DNA from: Monocercomonoides exilis PA203
Taxonomy: Eukaryota > Protista > Preaxostyla
Reading direction: 5' to 3'
DNA length: 64,000 nucleotides
Assembly (NCBI GenBank): GCA_001643675.2
Contig: LSRY02000038.1
Coordinates: 62,001-126,000 of the forward strand
The position numbers and the translations under genes were made by a program. Below are positions 60,034 to 64,000 of the stretch, piece after piece. The notes beneath the pieces are model-generated. The model worked only from the letters and a program-made list of their open reading frames with translations. It had not been told where the DNA came from and did no database searches. Position 1 is the first letter of the stretch. Every line of letters starts with the position of its first letter.

Positions 60034-61472
60034 ATGAATAATATGAGCTCATATAATGCTGATGAGTACACTGGGGCAATTCTGGAGTTGTCCAGAAAAG
60101 AAAAGTTTTCTAGTTTGAAAACATTCATTTGAATTTTCTGATTATAATGATAATTTTGCTTTGAAGAATTATTTTCTGAACTTGAAAGATGCAACGAAGA
60201 TGCTCAGGAGCAGAAAATAGTTGAATTGAATGAAATAATTGATGAAATGAATGAAGAATTATTTAAATCCGTTTTTGCGAAAGATCTTTTGTACAAAATA
60301 CTCCAAATGATTGATGAAAATAAGCTGCCTTTGGTAAATGCTATTTTGTTGATGAAGAACATCGGGTATAACAATGTCACAAGAAATTTTAGGAGATTGA
60401 GGTTTTATTTATCTTCGCAGAGTTTCATAATTGATAAGATGATTTCTGAAGAAGAGAAAAAAAAAGAAGGGAAAAATGAAAAGCTTCTTGTAGACCTTTG
60501 CGAATGCTATTTTTTTCTCAGTTACGACTTCACTTCGGAAATGCTTTCTATTTGTGTGCCTCGTCTTCTGAAAGCTGCAATGAACAAGGAGGAAAGCAAA
60601 GGATCACAAAAAGAAGTGGAAATTGCATTATTGGCTTTGAGCTGCATAAGTGAAAATCGTGTATGAGTGTTTATGTTTTTCTTTTGATGTTATTATAATA
60701 TTTTTTATGTTTTCAGAAAGTGCCTGAAGAACTGTGTTTGAATGAAATCAGAGAGATCATCAAATATCATCAGAAGCATCACAACCTAACATCACTTGCT
60801 TATCAGTCTGCTTGGCAGTTTTTGATTTGCAGATTGTTCTATGATAGAAGCTTGGAAGATGTTATTTTGAATAAACTGCAGTTTGAGAGAGAAGCAATTT
60901 CAGAACTGGAAGAGCTGACGAAATGCATTGATTGGAAGAAAAATGAAGATAAATTGAAGGAAATGGAAGAAGAAAATCTTTTGGAGAAATGGATCACAAC
61001 TCTGAATATTTATTTTAAAGAGTGCCAAATACAAAAAAAAGAGCATGTCGTTCTCATTGAGTGCATTATTCAGATACTTCAAGCAGCAAAGGATAATCAC
61101 AGAGAAATTGAGGAGAGATGCACTAAATTACTGAGATCTGTATCTTATAACGCTACTGTGGAGATTGAGGATTTGTTGAAAAGTGGAGCTGTATATATGG
61201 CTTTGGTAGAAATTGTCCGATTTGATTTTATGAAAACATCAGTTGAGGATTATTTGCAATTTTTCGAAAATATTTGTGAAAGGTTGAAGAAGGTGAATAA
61301 AAAAGAAAACGAAGAAACAAAACGAAAAGAAACGAAAAGAAAGGTGTTTGACAGGTTGGAAGAAGAAGGATATGAAGATGGCATTATCAGTTTGCGTTAT
61401 TGTTTTTTTAAAGGGATATTTGGTGGTTATGTTTCGATTCAATATATTGAAGATTATTTTGTTCATTGCTGA
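60034..61472 (+). CDS. Alpha-helical family protein, copy G (apparently intact)
   Basis: ATG 60034 (MNNMSSYNADEYTGAILELSRKEKFS). Introns GTTTG..GAAG (~60113-60166) and GTATGA..CAG (60661-60716). Exons are in ORFs 60226..60666 and 60720..61472, ending EDYFVHC-TGA. Confidence 0.88.
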
Positions 61473-62095
61473 TTCAATGGCTTAAAAATTCATTTCATTT
61501 GTTTGTGATATCGCAACACCTCACCATGAACATATGAATTGCGAAACATAATCTTCTCCTTTTGAATGAACTGTTGCAATTTGAATGAAATCAAGATTTT
61601 TGAAATGAACAACCGTGTTTCATGAACTTTTTTCTTTGAAGAAGAACAAACTTCCTCTTCAAAAGATATATTTCCAATTCAAAATGAGAAAAGATAATTA
61701 TAGTTAATAATTTCTTGTAATCGTTGTATTTTTTCGAGTATTTTTTCATTCATGATGGAACAATTTTTGTCACTTCCATCAGTCACCAAACTTTTCAAGT
61801 CAAAAGTCAGTTCCTAACATAGATACACGTTGCAACTCATTTTTTTCTAGAACCTCATTGAGATAAAATATTCAATTTAATCTCGAACGGAATAATGATT
61901 TCGAAAAGGATCAATCGTTTTGAAGACTCTGTTGGCATTTATCAAAAGCATTAAGAAAAAAAATCCACAAATAAAATTTTTTTTCACCTGTTCAAAATTT
62001 TTTTCGAAAAAATTCTTGACATAAGCAATGGCTGAACTATATCTCTTCATTTGTCAAAAAGCAGGAGTGAATTAAAAAATGTGATTTATTGATTT

Positions 62096-62359
62096 GGGAC
62101 AAAATATCACTTCAGGCATTTTCATAGAAATATTTTGCACTGTGAATAAACCTTGAGTGATCAAAAATTCAAAAAAAATGGGTTCATTTTTTGAAACACG
62201 TGTGAGATTCCTAAACACTTTGTGAAATATTTCTGTGATTCATGTCTACAGATTATGAAAGTCTGATTTATTTTAAAATCTGAAAAAGTTTTCAAAGTTA
62301 TGAGCTGTTCAAAAATTTGCACAAAGTGCAATAAAAGATTGAAAGTCCGTATTTTCTTC
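62096..62359. repeat. Dispersed ~265-bp repeat, copy 2 (MITE-like)
   Basis: Colinear similarity to 17870..18137. Confidence 0.7.
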
Positions 62360-63258
62360 TATTTGAGAATTCTTGTTGTTGTATGTCGGGAATTTCAATG
62401 TTAGTGAGGGAAAAAATTATCGATGAATTTCCAACAATTCACTATTTGATAAACATTTTTATTATTCAAATTATTTTCATTCGCATCGTTTGATTCTTTT
62501 TTTCATAAGTTGAAAACCATTATCGAATACTTATTCATTAACACAGATTTCAACAAAAAAGATAATATTTTCACATTCATTATTTAAGTGTTTCTTTTTG
62601 ATGTCATGTGAACTCTTTCTCAATCGTTCAATTGGTGAAATTGAAAGATAATACAGCATATGAAACTCGAATGTGGCAACGCATCAATAACTCTTATTCA
62701 TTTCTTCAACTTGAAAGAACACAAAAATTGCATAAGAATTCACAACTCGATAATCCATTTGATGTCAAGGAAAATTCTTTTTGATAATGTCACAAGGACT
62801 TCGACCTTTTTTCCGAAAATCATTTGATATCAAATTAATAACCTATTTGTTGCTTGAGTCCAACAATAATTTGTATTCTTTTATTCATTTTCCAAATATA
62901 AAAGGATTTTTAGGAGATAATAAATATATTTTTTAAACATCTTTTTTCCAAACTATTTTTTTTATGTGGTTTTGTTCAAATACAAAGTTGCACTTCTTTG
63001 TTGTTAAAGATCTTTAATTTTTCGCATCATCAATCTTTCAAAATGAATAAAATAGGTAATTGCACAATATACAACAGGCTTGGATATTTCATGAAAAGGT
63101 TTATTGAGAAATTATATAAACACACACACGATTATTAACGAATAATTTTATGCGGAAACTCATTTAAAAATAAAAATGAAATCAGCACTTGCAAATTTAT
63201 ATCATGGGAATAATCATATTTTTTGATCAACACATTTTCAAAATAACAATTGTTTTCA

Positions 63259-64000
63259 ATGGAAATGGAAGATCATGAAATGAAAATACACATACTTAAC
63301 AAGATGTTCCATATTGCTAACGAAACATGGGATTGGTTTCAAAGGGACGTTTTGGATGTATGATTCAAAGAGTGCAGAAAATGCAAAAGAGAAATGTCTT
63401 TGTACAAGAGAAATCTTAACACAAGACAATGGAGATGTTTCCGATGAAACAAAACAATAAGTTAACTATCAGGCTTATCCATTGAAAAACAAAAAGTGGG
63501 ATTAAACAAAATCATGCATATCTTGTTATTCAAATGAATAAAATTATCAATAACACAAACTTCTCTTCTTCTTGGAATTCATAGAAATACTGCACGTTTT
63601 TTTTTCTTTGGCTACAGCTTCCATGTCCAAAATGGAAGCAAATTCATTCGAATGCCTTGGCGTCTGTATTCAATCGCAGAAATAGACGATGCGATTTTGC
63701 TCAAAAGGAAATTTCACAAAGGTCGTTTGAAAAAGCAAATTTGGTTAATTGGAGCAGTTCAGAGAAATGCTGAAGGAAAACAATGGAAAAACTTTATCGT
63801 TTGTGAACGAAATAGGAAAAAAACACTCTATAACATATCATCAAAGCCAATATTTTGCCTGGAACAGCAATACATAGCGAAGAATGGAAAGTATATGCCT
63901 CTCTGGAAGAGATATGGTGTGTGCATAAAACTGTTTGCTGCAAGAATCACTTTCTTGATCCAGAAAGCGAGATTTGAACGAAAATGATTGAAAACATTTT
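63259..64000 (+). mobile_element. Second, heavily decayed Merlin/ISXO2-like transposase (different subfamily)
   Basis: TWDWF..CRKC..QWRC..ITQTSLLLGIHRNT with stops, then IAEIDDAILLKRKFHKGRLKKQIWLIGAVQR, homologous to the 36211..37095 transposase. Frameshifted downstream and runs to the window end. Confidence 0.78.

Noticed and set aside
3760-61472. Alternative genetic code (TGA=Trp or TAR=Gln)
   Set aside because: Family genes end at a conserved TGA, and the 793-aa and 1006-aa ORFs contain many Gln/Trp with no internal stops and end in TAA. Most genes with internal stops also carry frameshifts, so decay is the simpler explanation.

Overview
AT-rich, intron-containing eukaryotic DNA with short GT-AG introns (mostly GTTTG donors), standard genetic code and many purine/pyrimidine microsatellites. 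Gene content and style strongly suggest the oxymonad Monocercomonoides (recognition, not a database result). The window is dominated by a lineage-specific alpha-helical (ARM/HEAT-like) three-exon gene family: 7 copies plus one 3' fragment, some intact and some pseudogenised, and apparently mosaics of one another. It also holds a VPS4 paralog lacking its arginine fingers, a membrane-anchored CPAF-like S41 protease, an atypical signal-peptide Hsp70 (Grp170/Hsp110-like) and a disrupted NTF2+RRM (G3BP-like) gene. Other pseudogenes include a 30-aa Trp/His ankyrin-like repeat gene and several beta-helix (GGAxY) genes. Mobile DNA comprises two decayed Merlin (IS1595-like) transposons, a ~985-bp foldback element with 404-bp inverted arms, and two smaller MITE-like families. 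No rRNA, tRNA or CRISPR array was seen.
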